Shown here: one piece after another, positions 25,640 to 38,037 of the stretch
How the letters are laid out: the number at the start of each line of letters is the position of its first letter
Position numbering within the stretch: the first letter of the stretch is position 1
Assembly: GCF_030028105.1 (NCBI RefSeq)
Contig: NC_092377.1
Location: 4,655,079-4,719,078 of the forward strand
Length of the DNA stretch: 64,000 bases
Direction of reading: 5' to 3'
Origin: Mobula birostris
Taxonomy: Eukaryota
The notes under the pieces: model-generated
What the model was told of the DNA's origin: nothing
The model's database searches: none
Seen by the model: only the letters and a program-made list of their open reading frames with translations
Program-made: the position numbers and the translations under genes

Positions 25640-26505
25640 ACCTATGACTGTACAGCCCCAGTACCAGATTCAAGTTTGCTGCTGACACCAGAGCTGTAGG
25701 CAGAGTCAAAGTGGCTGATGAATCGTATACGGGCAGGACACTGAAAATCCGGCTGAGTGCTGTCACAACAACAACCTCTCACTCAATGTCAGCAAGACCA
25801 CGGGGAGGGATTGTAGACTATCAGAGAAATCCACTCAGAGGATCAGAGGTGGAGAGGCTCAGTGACTTTAAACTCCTTGCTGACACTATGTCAGAGGACC
25901 TGTCCTGTACCATCATATAAATGCAATTGTAAAGAAAGCATGACAGTACCCTAACTTCCTGAGGAGTTGCTGAGATTCAGCATGTCATCAAAATCCTTGA
26001 CAAACTTCCACAGATGGGTGGTGGAAAGTGTTGTAACTGGCTGCATTAAGGTCTGGTATGTGAATACCGATGCCTTTAGGTGAAAAATACTACAGAAGGT
26101 AGTGGTTGTGATCCAGCACAACAGGTGTAAAACCCTATCAACCACTGAGAACATCTACGTGAAATGTTGGCACAGAAAAGCAGAATCCATCATCAAAGAT
26201 CCTCACCACCCAGGCCATGCTCTTCTCACGCTGCTGCCATCAGGTAAAAGGTACAAGAAGGTACAATTGTCTCAGGACTCACACCAACAGGGTCAAGAAC
26301 AGTTACTACCCCTCAACCATCAGGCTCTTGAACAAATGAGGATAACTACACTCATTCTGTTTCCAGTGATCTCACAACCAATGATCTCACTTTGAGGACT
26401 CTTTACCTTGGTATTTCTTGCTAGTTATTTATATTTGCATTTGCACAGATTGCATAGATTTGCTGAGCATGCACAGGAAAAAGAATCTTAGGATTGTATG
26501 TGATA
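25640..26505 (+). mobile_element. Rex1/Babar-like 3' fragment
   Basis: IIKDPHHPGHALLTLLPSGKRY (ORF 26102-26395) and a typical 3' UTR. Confidence 0.7.
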
Positions 26506-26507
26506 AC

Positions 26508-28765
26508 ATGGAAACATCGAAACATAGAAAATAGGTGCAGGAGTAGGCCATTCGGCCCTTCGAGCCTGCACCGCCATTTATTATGATCATGGCTGATCAT
26601 CCAACTCAGAACCCTGCACCAGCCTTCCCTCCATACCCCCTGATCCCCATAGCCACAAGGGCCATATCTAACTCCCTCTTAAATATAGCCAATGAACTGG
26701 CCTCAACTGTTTCCTGTGGCAGAGAATTCCACAGATTCACCACTCTCTGTGTGAAGAAGTTTTTCCTAATCTCAGTCCTAAAAGGCTTCCCCTTTATCCT
26801 CAAATTGTGACCCCTCATTCTGGACTTGCCCAACATCGGGAACAATCTTCCTGCATCTAGCCTGTCCAATCCCTTTAGGATTTTATACGTTTCAATCAGA
26901 TCCCCCCTCAATCTTCTAAATTCCAACGAGTACAAGCCTAGTTCATCCAGTCTTTCTTCATATGAAAGTCCTGCCATCCCAGGAATCAATCTGGTGAACA
27001 TTCTTTGTACTCCCTCTATGGCAAGGATGTCTTTCCTCAGATTAGGGGACCAAAACTGCACACAATACTCCAGGTGTGGTCTCACCAAGGCCTTGTACAA
27101 CTGCAGTAGTACCTCCTTGCTCCTGTACTCGAATCCTCTCGCTATAAATGCCAGCATATCATTCGCCTTTTTCACCGCCTGCTGTACCTGCATGCCCACT
27201 TTCAATGACTGGTGTATAATGACACCCAGGTCTCGTTGCACCTCCCCTTTCCCTAATCAGCCACCACTCAAATAATAATCTGTTTTCCTATCTTTGCCAC
27301 CAAAGTGGATAACTTCACATTTATCCACATTAAATTGCATCTGCCATGAATTTGCCCACTCACCCAACCTATCCAAGTCACCCTACATTCTCTTAGCATC
27401 CTCCTCACAGCTAACACTGCCACCCAGCTTCATGTCATCCGCAAACTTGGAGATGCTGCATTTAATTCCCTCATCCAAGTCATTAATATATATTGTAAAC
27501 AACTGGGGTCCCAGCACTGAGCCTTGCGGTACTCCACTAGTCACTGCCTGCCATTCTGAAAAGGTCCCATTTATTCCCACTCTTTGCTTCCTGTCTGCTA
27601 ACCAATTCTCTATCCACATCAATACCTTAGCCCCAATACCGTGTGCTTTAAGTTTGCACACTAATCTCCTGTGTGGGACCTTGTCAAAAGCCTTTTGAAA
27701 ATCCAAATATACCACATCCACTGGTTCTCCCCTATCCACTCTACTAGTTACATCCTCAAAAAATTCTATCAGATTCATCAGACATGATTTTCCTTTCACA
27801 AATCCATGCTGACTTTGTCCGATGATTTCACCGCTTTCCAAATGTGCTGTTATCACATCTTTGATAACTGACTCCAGCAGTTTCCCCACCACTGACGTTA
27901 GGCTAACCGGTCTATAGTTCCCCGGTTTCTCTCTCCCTCCTTTTTTAAAAAGTGGGGTTACATTAGCCACCCTCCAATCCTCAGGAACTAGTCCAGAATC
28001 TAACGAGTTTTGAAAAATTATCACTAAAGCATTCCACTATTTCTTGGGCTACTTCCTTAAGCACTCTGGGATGCAGACCATCTGGCCCTGGGGATTTATC
28101 TGCCTTTAATCCCTTCAATTTACCTAACACCACTTCCCTACTAACGTGTATTTCGCTCAGTTCCTCCATCTCACTGGACCCTCTGTCCCCTACTATTTCT
28201 GGAAGATTATTTATGTCCTCCTTAGTGAAGACAGAACCAAAGTAATTATTCAATTGGTCTGCCACGTCCTTGCTTCCCATAATCAATTCACCTGTTTCTG
28301 TCTGTATGGGACCTACATTTGTCTTTACCAGTCTTTTCCTTTTTACATATCTATAAAAGCTTTTACAGTCAGTTTTTATGTTCCCTGCCAGTTTTCTCTC
28401 ATAATCTTTTTTCCCCTTCCTAATTAAGCCCTTTGTTCCTCCTCTGCTGAACTCTGAATTTCTCCCAGTCTTCAGGCGAGCCACCTTTTCTGGCTAATTT
28501 GTATGCTTCTTCTTTGGAATTGATACTATCCCTAATTTCCCTTGTCAGCCACGGGTGCACTACCTTCCTTGATTTATTCTTTTGCCAAACTGGGATGAAC
28601 AATTGTTGTAGTTCATCCATGCAATCTTTAAATGCTTGCCATTGCATATCCACTGTCAACCCTTTAAGTGTCATTTGCCAGTCTATCTTAGCTAATTCAC
28701 GTCTCATACCTTCAAAGTTACCCCTCTTTAAGTTCAGAACCTTTGTTTCTGAATTAACATGTTTG
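26508..28765 (-). mobile_element. CR1 LINE, 5'-truncated, relatively young
   Basis: ORFs 27383-28024 ([35 protein letters not shown]) and 26606-27241; tail gaaacatcgaaacatagaaa. Confidence 0.93.
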
Positions 28766-28989
28766 CACTCTGGTAATAAATTTTACCAAGCATTCAGCAG
28801 GTCAGAGAGAAACTGAGTTCATGGTTTACATAGAAAACCTGATGATGCTCACCCAGGTTGCTGATACTACTGAGTAAGGAGGGTGCGTTGGCAAAACTAC
28901 AGAAGATTGGAATTTATTGAAGAAAAATCTCAAATGATTCAATGAAGTCAAATGACTACATCTTCTTCATCCATTTTATGTTCAAGGGT

Positions 28990-29765
28990 CATAGAATCAC
29001 AGGGACTACAGCAGACAAACAGGTTGTTCTGCGAATCAGTTCCATACCAACCTGATCTTCTACCTAGTCCCATTTACCTGCACCTGGACCATATCCCTCC
29101 ATAACCCTGTCATCCATGTACATATTCAAACTTCCCTTAAATGTTACAATTGAACCTATATCCACCACTTCCACTGACAGATGGTTCCACACAGTTACCA
29201 CCCTCTCAGTGAAGAACCTCCCCCTCACGTTCCCCTTAAATATTTCACTTTTCACTCTGAACCTATGACCTCTAGTTCCAGACACAGTCAACCTGAAGTG
29301 AAAAGGCCTGTACGTATAAGTATTTATACCTCTATCCAATCTCCCCTCGTTCTCCAACACTCCAGTCAAAAAATGCCTGAAACTATTCAATCTTTCACCA
29401 TCACTCAGATCCTCAAGTGTCCTTGTAAATTTTCCCTGCAGCCTTTCAATCTTATTGATATCTTTCCTGCAGGTAGGTAACCAGAGTAGGTAGGCATTGC
29501 ACTCAATTCTCCAAGTCAGCCTCCACATTGTTTTACAAAATGTCAAACTAATATCCCAACTATTGTACCCTATACTTTAATTTATGAAAGCCAATGAATT
29601 AAAAGCTCTCTTTACGATACCATCCAAGAAGACAATTTCAAGGATTTATAGACCTGCTTTCCCAGTTCCCTCATTCTACCGCACCCCTCTGTGCTCTACA
29701 TTTCACTATGTTAGTCCTATCCTGGCTTGACCTCTCAAAGTGCAACTTCGCATACTGGTCTGCCA
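28990..29765 (-). mobile_element. CR1 3' fragment, degraded
   Basis: ORF 29064-29546 contains RKDINKIERLQ and RGRFFTERVV.VWN. Confidence 0.75.
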
Positions 29766-29815
29766 GTTTTCAGCCTATTTTCCCTGCTGGTACAGATACC
29801 GCTGCAAATTTTAAT

Positions 29816-30360
29816 TGTAATGGCTTCTCTGTAATGTTCACTGCTGAAGTAATGGTTCCTCTGTAGCAGCATGGTTGGGTTATGGCAGGAGATAACAGGA
29901 TTGTGGTTTGCATGTCAGCCACTCGGAGATTGTTGCTTTGTCTCGTGCATCTGGAAGGATGTTTTTCCGCGGTCTTTTGTCGAGGAGAGATGAAGAGGGA
30001 AGGCGCATGTGGAGAGAGCTGGTAGACCACTGGACGCAGTGGACTGGGGTCTGAGGGTCCGAAGGTCGCAACGCTCGGAGGAGACCGATGGTGGAAGAAT
30101 GATTACTGAGTGAGCTCCAACGTGAACTTTTGACTGGAATTTGGCCCTTTTTTATTTTCACTACTAACTCTATATTCAGATTAAGATTCATAAAGTTCAA
30201 TCATTTCATTGCATATGGTGTACTGTCTGATAGTTTGCATTGTGGGTTTGTGACTGGGGGTACATTACACAGCGTCCACACAAATGTGATTACCCAGTTT
30301 GGCGGGGCCAACAGCTGTCTCCCCCAGATGAACATGAGCTGGGCGAGCCTGGGGGTTACA
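29816..30360 (+). mobile_element. Solo-LTR-like element, about 545 bp
   Basis: tgtaat...ggttaca termini; a diverged reverse-complement copy lies at 32096-32641. No TSD found; strand is nominal. Confidence 0.6.
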
Positions 30361-30847
30361 CCATAGTTTTCTTTGGTGTCCACTACACCTCCCAGTCTTT
30401 GCGCAACGCACAAATGTTCTGATTCAGTTTATCACACTATCATCTAAATCATTAATGTGGATGATAAAACAACAACAGACCCAGCACCTTTTCCCAGCGG
30501 CACATCACTGCTCACAGGCCACCATCCCGTCAGAGAGACAACCATCTACTACCACTCTGGCTTCTCCCACCAAGCCAACTTAGAATATACAAGCTACTTC
30601 ACCTTTAGGGATCAGCCTTTCATGTAGGACTTTGTCAAACACCTTGTTGAAATCCGTGTGGGCAAGGCGCACTGGCTTTCCCTCGTACAATTTCCTGGCT
30701 AATTTGTTGAGTATTTCTTGAACAACAATACAACAATAGTATTCTTCAGTCTTCCAATAGCCAACCTGTGGCTGAATATCTCTGCCAGAGCCCCTGTAAT
30801 TGCTGCACTGGTCTACCACAAAGTCCAAGAGGTATGATCTCTCAGAT

Positions 30848-31360
30848 GGCACCCATTTCAATTCAACTCCCCATTCTGAAATGTCAGTCCATGTCCTTCT
30901 CTACTGTCAAAATGAGGCTAAACTAAGTCATGAATTGATGTCATGAACTTTGATCTCTCCAACTTCTGGTAATTTTTCATCCTTCCCACTCTTTCATTTT
31001 CCATTCACCATTTTGATTAGTCTCTCATCCTTCCTCTTCTCCTCACCTATCCATCACCTCCTACTGAGGTTCCTGCTCCTTCCCTTTCTTCCATGGTCCC
31101 CTGCCTTTTCTTATCAGATCCTACTTATTTTACCTCTACTACCTATCCCTTCCCAGCTACTTACCTCATCTCCTTTTGCCACTCACCTACCTTCCTCCTC
31201 ACCTGGTAACACCTATCACCTGCCAGCTCGTAGTCCTTCCTCCCTCCTCACCATCTTATTTGAAGCCTCTTTCCAACCTTGGTGAATGGTCTCTGCCCAA
31301 GTTATTAACTGTTTATTCCCCTCCATAGTTGTTGCCAGACTTGCTGAATTCTTCCAGCAT
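30848..31360 (+). mobile_element. Penelope-like 3' fragment, old
   Basis: GIY-YIG end remnant (catgaactttgatctctccaacttc), pyrimidine-rich 3' UTR and a degenerate pLTR end. Confidence 0.65.
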
Positions 31361-31755
31361 TTATTATGTGATGGCCCATGTTCTACCAAAATTTCTTCTG
31401 TCTCTTCAACAATACTGTTTGTACATTGCTCCTGTTACCCAAATAGAGAAAGTTTCCTTTTACAATTTATATTTCCTTATGGTTGCAACAGCCAGGGGTG
31501 ATAATGGGGACAAGCTCCCATTACCTATTAGATACTCCCAATGGCGTGAGCCTCAAATAGCCTCTGGCAACCAAGTCCAGCTCTTGTCCTTCATGTGTGA
31601 CTTCTCTACTAAGCCTGGAGGAACCGTTTCTACTGACAGGAGAAGGGGCACAGTTGGGTTACTAGTTGGATACCTTAAAACCAGTTGCTTTGGGCAGGTG
31701 GGGCTTGTCAGCTGTGGTCAGCGCTGGGAGTAAACCTTGAAGGAAAAATATGGAA

Positions 31756-31964
31756 GCATGAGGAATTCTGCAGATGCTGGAAATTCAAGCAATACACATC
31801 AAAGTTGCTGGTGAATGCAGCAGGCCAGGCAGCATCTCTAGGAAGAGGTACAGTCGACGTTTCGGGCTGAGGCCCGAGTCCTGATGAAGGGTCTCGGCCC
31901 GAAACGTCGACTGTACCTCTTCCTAGAGATGCTGCCTGGCCTACTGCGTTCACCAGCAACTTTG
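31756..31964. mobile_element. 209-bp Penelope-derived hairpin insertion
   Basis: 15-bp TSD aggaaaaatatggaa (31741-31755 / 31965-31979); 68-bp inverted arms 31800-31867 and 31897-31964 with 2 mismatches. Confidence 0.9.
31877..31912 (+). ncRNA. Minimal type I hammerhead ribozyme with intact core
   Basis: agtc CTGATGA a ggg tctcgg ccc GAAAC GTC gact. Predicted cleavage 3' of C31908. Stem III is only the palindrome ACGU, which would require dimerisation. Confidence 0.7.
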
Positions 31965-32095
31965 AGGAAAAATATGGAACTGGATTCCCAAATGCAGTCC
32001 AATGTTAAGTTCAACACTGACTGGCAACTCCTGCAAAGCTGTTGGTGTCAAATTGTATTGGCCTCTGTCATTTCTTTGAGATCATCAGATGCATG

Positions 32096-32641
32096 AGTAA
32101 CCCTCCGGCTCAGCCAGCCCGTGTTTGTCTAGGGGGCCCCACCAAACTGAGAAATCTCGCTTGTGTGGATGCTGTGTGATGTGTTGCCCGGTTACAAATC
32201 CGCACTGCAAAATATCAAACAGTACACCATATGCAACTGAATGATTGCACTTTATAAATCTTAATCTAGATAGAGGGATAGTAAAGAAAATAAAAAGTAA
32301 AAGGGCCCATTTTAAGGAAAAAGTCAAAAGTGCACGTTGGATCTCACTGCTACGGCTATGCATCAACCATCGACCTCCTCTGTGCGTCGCCTGCCTTCGG
32401 GCCCATGCCCCCAGTCCACTCCATCCAGTCATCTCCCAGCTCTCTCCACACACGTCTTCTTTCTTCTTCTCTCACCAACAAAAGACCACGAAAATCTCTT
32501 TTCCAGACTCACAAGAAACAACATTTCTTCCATTGGATAATGTACATTCCAAAGCCCCGTAATCTCTAGTCAGAACCCAAACATTGCTGGTACAGAGAAA
32601 CCATTACGTTAGCAGTGAATCATTGCAGAGGGGTCATTACA
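32096..32641 (-). mobile_element. Solo-LTR-like element, inverted relative to 29816-30360
   Basis: Reverse complement starts tgtaatga and shares blocks such as gcatatggtgtactgt, tggcggggcc/tggtggggcc and gggttac. Confidence 0.6.
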
Positions 32642-33129
32642 TCAGCAGTGAAACCTTGCAGCGTGTTACATATGTAGAGGGGGAGCCTCCTGCATGGACA
32701 ACAGCTTGCTCTCCATATTGTACTGCCCTGACTTGAGTATCTGGGCAGCTGGAAAACAGCATCTACTGTCGTCCCTGAGACAAGAGCCTTTCTCTCTCTC
32801 TCTCTCATTTTCAAACCAGTTTAAAATGGTGTTCCTGACAGCTTGAATAAACTGTCAGTAATGGATGAGTATGAGTAACAGGTCCGAGAGAACTTTGTTG
32901 GCAGATGTAATGAGAACTGCCTTGTTCTGCCGAGACCAAATAGTGTTAATTTTACAACCTAATTTATACCTACTGAGTCTCCTTTTGGTGAAGGAGGTGA
33001 ATTAGGATAAATGTAGATGAAACCTTTTCCTGTTACTCATTAGTAAATGCGAGCTAATAAATTGGAGCTGCCTAAATCTCTCAGCAGTTAACAAGTATTT
33101 AATGGATATATTGGGAACTGCTGACATAA

Positions 33130-34490
33130 TTGTCATTAGAGCAGCAAATGCCTGTATTTTTTATCAACAAACAATCTGCTGGTGACAGAGGGAGGAGGTG
33201 AATGGGCAGGTGTAACACTTAGGCTGCTTGAAGAGATAAGTGCTTGGAGGGAGATTAGTGGGGAGGGACGAATGGACAAGGGAATCCCGGAGGTACTGAT
33301 CCTTGTGGGAAGCAGGGGTCTGGGAGGAGGTGAAGATATGTTTACTGGAAGGATCCCTTTGGATTTGGCAGTAGTTGCGGAGGGTGATCTGTTGGATGTG
33401 AAGATCAATGGGGTGGTAGGCAAGAACAAGAGGAACTCCATCATTGTTAAGGTGGCGTTCATGCTTGGGAAATCGAGGAGATGTGTGTGAGGGCAGCATC
33501 AATAGTGGAGGAAGAAAACCTTATTCTTTGAACAAGGAAGACATCTCTGATGTCCTGGAATGGTAAGCTGAGTCCTGGGAATAGACTGTTGCAGAGGTGA
33601 AGGAACAGGGGAAAGAGAATAGTACTTTTACAGGAGATAGCACAGTCACGATAACCAATGGAATCAGAAGGTTTATAAAAGGTGTCAGTTGGCAATTTGT
33701 CTCCAGAGATGAAGACAGAGATTGAGAAAGGGGAAGAAGGTGTCCGCGATGGACCAAGTGAATTTAAGGCAGGGTGGAAATTAAAGGCTAAATTGATGAA
33801 ATTCACGAAATCATCATGGGTGCATGAAGCAGCACCAATGCAGTTGTCAATGTAGCAGAAGTGTTGGGGAGTATTGCGAGGGAAGGATCAGAACATGGAT
33901 TGTTCTATGTAGCCAATGAAGTGGCAGGCATACCCGGGGCCCATACCAATGCCTATGGCTACCTCTTGAGTTTGGAGAAAGTGGGAGGAGCTGAAGGAAA
34001 ATTTGCTGAGGATGAGGAGCAGTCCTGCCAGACGGAGGAGGGTGGAGTTGGAGGGGAATTGATTGGTTCTTTTGTGAACAAAGAAGCAGAGAGGTTTGAG
34101 GCCTTTTTGATGGGGAATAGTAGTGTATAGGGACTGAACATCCATGGTGAAAATGAGGCTGTCGGGACCAGGGAATTGAAAGTCACTGATGAGATCGCGG
34201 GCATGAGAAGTGCTGAGGACGTAGGTGGGAAGAAACTGAACCAAGGGGGAATAGAATAGAATCAAGGTATGAGGACACGAGTTTAGTGGGGCAGGAACAG
34301 GCAGAGACAATAGACCTACAGTCCAGTTTGTGGATCTTGAGTAGGAGGTAGAAGTGGGCAGTGCCGTAGTAAGGGAACTATGAATTTGGTGGCAGTGGAT
34401 GGGAATTCCTCAAAGAAGAGGTCAGTGGTGGTGTCAGAGATGATTTTCTGATTGTCTGGATGGGTGCCCTCCTCAAGGGGTAGGAATAAA
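33130..34490 (-). mobile_element. Penelope-like element RT region, degraded
   Basis: FTMDVQSLYTTIPH, FLQTQEVAIGIGMGPGYA (a GVAMG..MGP.YA remnant), VPLVLAYHP, KCYTCPFTS. Confidence 0.85.
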
Positions 34491-35029
34491 GAGTTTTCTT
34501 TAACTTAGCCCTCCTCCAATATGACACTTGATTTGCTTAAAGAAATCGCAATCATGCCGGTACCTCAGAAAAATAAGATAATGTGCCACCTAGTGGCTCT
34601 GATATCCACCATCATGACCTGCTTCCAGAGGCTGGTCATTACACACATCAACTCCAACCTCCCAAACTCAACCACTGCAATTCACCTGCTGCCAAAACAA
34701 GTCCACACTAGATACCCTCTCTCAAACATCTGGGTAATAAAGACACCTACAACTATTTCTTGAACACAGGTGCAACTTCAATACCATAATAAAAAGTTCC
34801 AAGTTCAGAGATCAAAGTAAATTTATTATCAAAGTACATATATGTCACCATCTTCAGCCCTGAGATTCATCTTCCCATGGGCATACTCAATAAATCCAAT
34901 AACCATGATAGGATCAATGAATGACCACACCAACGGGGTAGACAACCAATGTGTCAAAGACAACAAGCTGTGCAAATACAAAAGAAAAAAATCATAATAA
35001 TTTCCAAAGATATACACATGAACTTTCGA

Positions 35030-35930
35030 CTAGGTAAGTATGAAACATTAAGCATTAAGAGAGGTGTAATCGAGCTAGTAGAATACAAAACAGAGAAGAA
35101 GAATACAATACATCGATAGATAAATATACTGTAACGATCTGGGATATCAACAAGCAAAGAAAAAAGATCAAATTCTGTTAAAGCGAAAACTTTCGACAAA
35201 ATTTACTTCAAAGCTTAAGAAAATCTGCCAAACAGAGCTCAACAGTGAACATAATACAAAGGCAATAAACACTTTCTTTATACCCATATTAATATGTTCT
35301 TTAACATCATATCTTAGTCTGAAACCAACCTGGATAATTCACAAATAAAATAATAAGAACTGAAATGACAAATTTTAGAAAGCAAAATATACACTCAAGC
35401 ATGCTTAGATTTACAGAACCTAGGACAGGAGGAGGAAGAAGAATAACAGACATTAAAAATCTTACAGAACAGCAGCCAGGCCGCCTGAGTTCCTCTAGCA
35501 TTCTGTGTGCATCAATAAGACTTCTAAGGATATGTTTTCATCAATGAAAATAAGATTCAGCACACCACACAACAAATGGAATTCTAATCAGAAGTATATG
35601 TCACTGAACTTAACTGAGAGCACAACCCAGAGAAAATGAAGAAATTATCACTATAGAAGCAAAGTTAAGCAATGGAAGAATGTAACCCTCCATGGATGAC
35701 ATCCCCATGAACTTATCACACTAGATGTTGACAAAAAAATATTGAATATCTGGCTCAGAATTGGAGACATCTTCTGAAAAATAGAGGGATTCCTTGTGGC
35801 AATATAGGACCAGGTGGTTAACACAAAAAATCACAGTGTAGAATAAAAGATCAACAAATTCAAGACGATAAATGCAGAAAATGCCAAGAAAAAAACAGAA
35901 ACAATCCAATGCATTACAGCATTCTGCAGC
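35030..35930 (+). mobile_element. R4/Dong-clade (Rex6-like) non-LTR retrotransposon fragment
   Basis: PRTGGGRRITDI, then QWKNVTLHG*HPHEL...WLRIG...EGFLVAI*DQVVNT and DDKCRKCQE..ETIQCITAFC (zinc knuckle that precedes a restriction-like endonuclease). Confidence 0.7.
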
Positions 35931-35999
35931 CAAAATCTCACTTTAAAATACAAACTCATGAAGACACCATTCCTTACTCTAAGTGGCCAGCGTCAACAG

Positions 36000-37620
36000 A
36001 ACTTCAGTCACAAGTTTGCAGATGACTCCACCGTAGTTGGCTAGATCTCAGTCAATGACAAGACAGAGGACAGGGAGGAGGTTGAAAGCTGAATGGTATT
36101 GGGTCAAGACAACAACCTTTACTTAGTGTCAGCAAAACGAAAGAGCTGGTCATCGAGGAAGCAGGTGGAGGTTAGTCCCCATATGAATCAATGTTACCAG
36201 GGTGAAGATGGTGGTTAGCTCCAAATTCCAAGAGACTTGCCTCAACCAGCTATGGAGGTGCTATGTTGAAGAAGGTACTGCATCGTGTCTTCTTCCTCAG
36301 AGGTCTAAGGAAATCTGGCATATTCCCAAAGACCATCACCAGTTTTTATACAGAGAGCAGTCTGTCTCCATGCATCATAGACTCATATGGCAACAGCTCT
36401 GCCCAAGACTGCATTAAAATTACAGAGTTGTGAACACAGCTCTTCCATGGCAAAATCCAACCTCCCTCCATACAATTATCAATGTCTCAGGAAAACAGAC
36501 AACATAATCAAAAGCCCCTACCCTGGACAGAGTTATGTTCTCCCCACTTCTGTTGGAAAAAAGATATTAGGGATAAAAACTTGCAGCACAATTTCTATTC
36601 TATTATAAAATTCTTGAATGGACCTCTTGTGTAATAAAGATGAACCCTTGATCTCTCACTCTAACGTCACACTAATGCCTACCTACCCTGAACTTCTCAC
36701 TCATTGTCAATGACACCAATGAACTGATAGTAGACTTCAGGTGAAGGAAGCCAGAGGTCCATAAGCCAGTGATCATCAGAGGTGGTGTGTGTCAGTAAAT
36801 TTAAATTCCAGGGTGTCACTATCTTAGAGGACCCATCCTGGACCCATCATATAAGTATAATTGCGAAGAAAGCACACACGCATCTCTACTTCCTCGGGGG
36901 ATAACTATACTCATTTAAGGACTCTTTGTTTGTTATTTCATGTTCATTATTTATTGCTATTTATTTATATTTGCATTTGCACAGTTTGTTGTCCATCGAC
37001 CCTGTTTAATGTTCGATAGATTTGCTCAGTATGCCCACAGAAAAAGAACCTCAGGGTTGTATGTGCTGATGTCTGTGCACTCCGATAATAAACCTCAATT
37101 TGAACTTTGAAACTCAAACTTTCTCTGTAACTTTGATGCTATTTTCTGCAATCAGTTGTTGCATTTTCTTGATGTGGCTGTGTTTGGAAAGATCTGTTTG
37201 TAAGGTATGCAGAGCAAAGCTTTGTCCCGGATGCTGGGCACTAGCCTCTGTAGCATCCAGGATATCTTCAATGAGCGATGTCACAACAAGGTGGAATCCA
37301 TCATTAAGGTCCCCCGTCTCCTAGGACAAGCCCTCTTATCATTGCTACCATCAAGGATGAGGTTCAGGAGCCTGAATGCACACACTCAGTGATTCAGGAA
37401 CTTCTTCTTCCCCTCTGCCATCTGATTTCTGATGGACATTGAACCCATGAACACGATCTCACTACTGTTTCTTTCTCTTTTTGCACTACTTAACTTAATT
37501 TTTAAAATATATATACTTTTTACAGTAATTCATAGTTTTTATAATTATATATTGCAATGTACTGCTGCCACATAACAACAAATTTCACAACATCAGTAAT
37601 ATTAAACTTGCTTCTGATTT
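36000..37620 (+). mobile_element. Three consecutive Rex1/Babar-like 3' fragments
   Basis: KFADD remnant at about 36015, LLSLLPSRMRFRSL, tails such as aataaacctcaatttgaactttga. Confidence 0.6.
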
Positions 37621-38037
37621 TGAATTACTGTACCTTGATGCACAATTAAGACCACAAGACCATTAGATATAGGACCAGAATTAGGCCATTTGGCCCATTG
37701 GGTCTGCTCCACCATATAAACATGGCTGATCTATTTTCTTCTCAGCCCAAATCTCCTGCCTTCTCCCCTTATCTATTTATGCCCTGACTAATCGAGAATC
37801 TATCAACCTCTGCCATAAATACAAATAAGGACGGCCTGCACAGCTGCCAATGGGAATGAATTCCACAGATTCACCATTCTCTGGCTAAAGAAATTCCTCC
37901 ACACCTCCATTCTAAAAAGATGCCTCTCTATTCTGAGGCTGTGCCCTCTGATCATGGGCGCTCCCACTATACGAAACATCCTCTCTACATCTATCCTTTT
38001 GAGGCCGTTCACCATTCAATAGCTTTCAATGAAGTCA

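Noticed and set aside
31480-31735. SINE- or RTE-like segment, with a similar unassigned repeat-like piece at 17975-18135
   Set aside because: It looks repetitive, but I could not identify promoter boxes, a tail or a TSD, so no family call is supportable.
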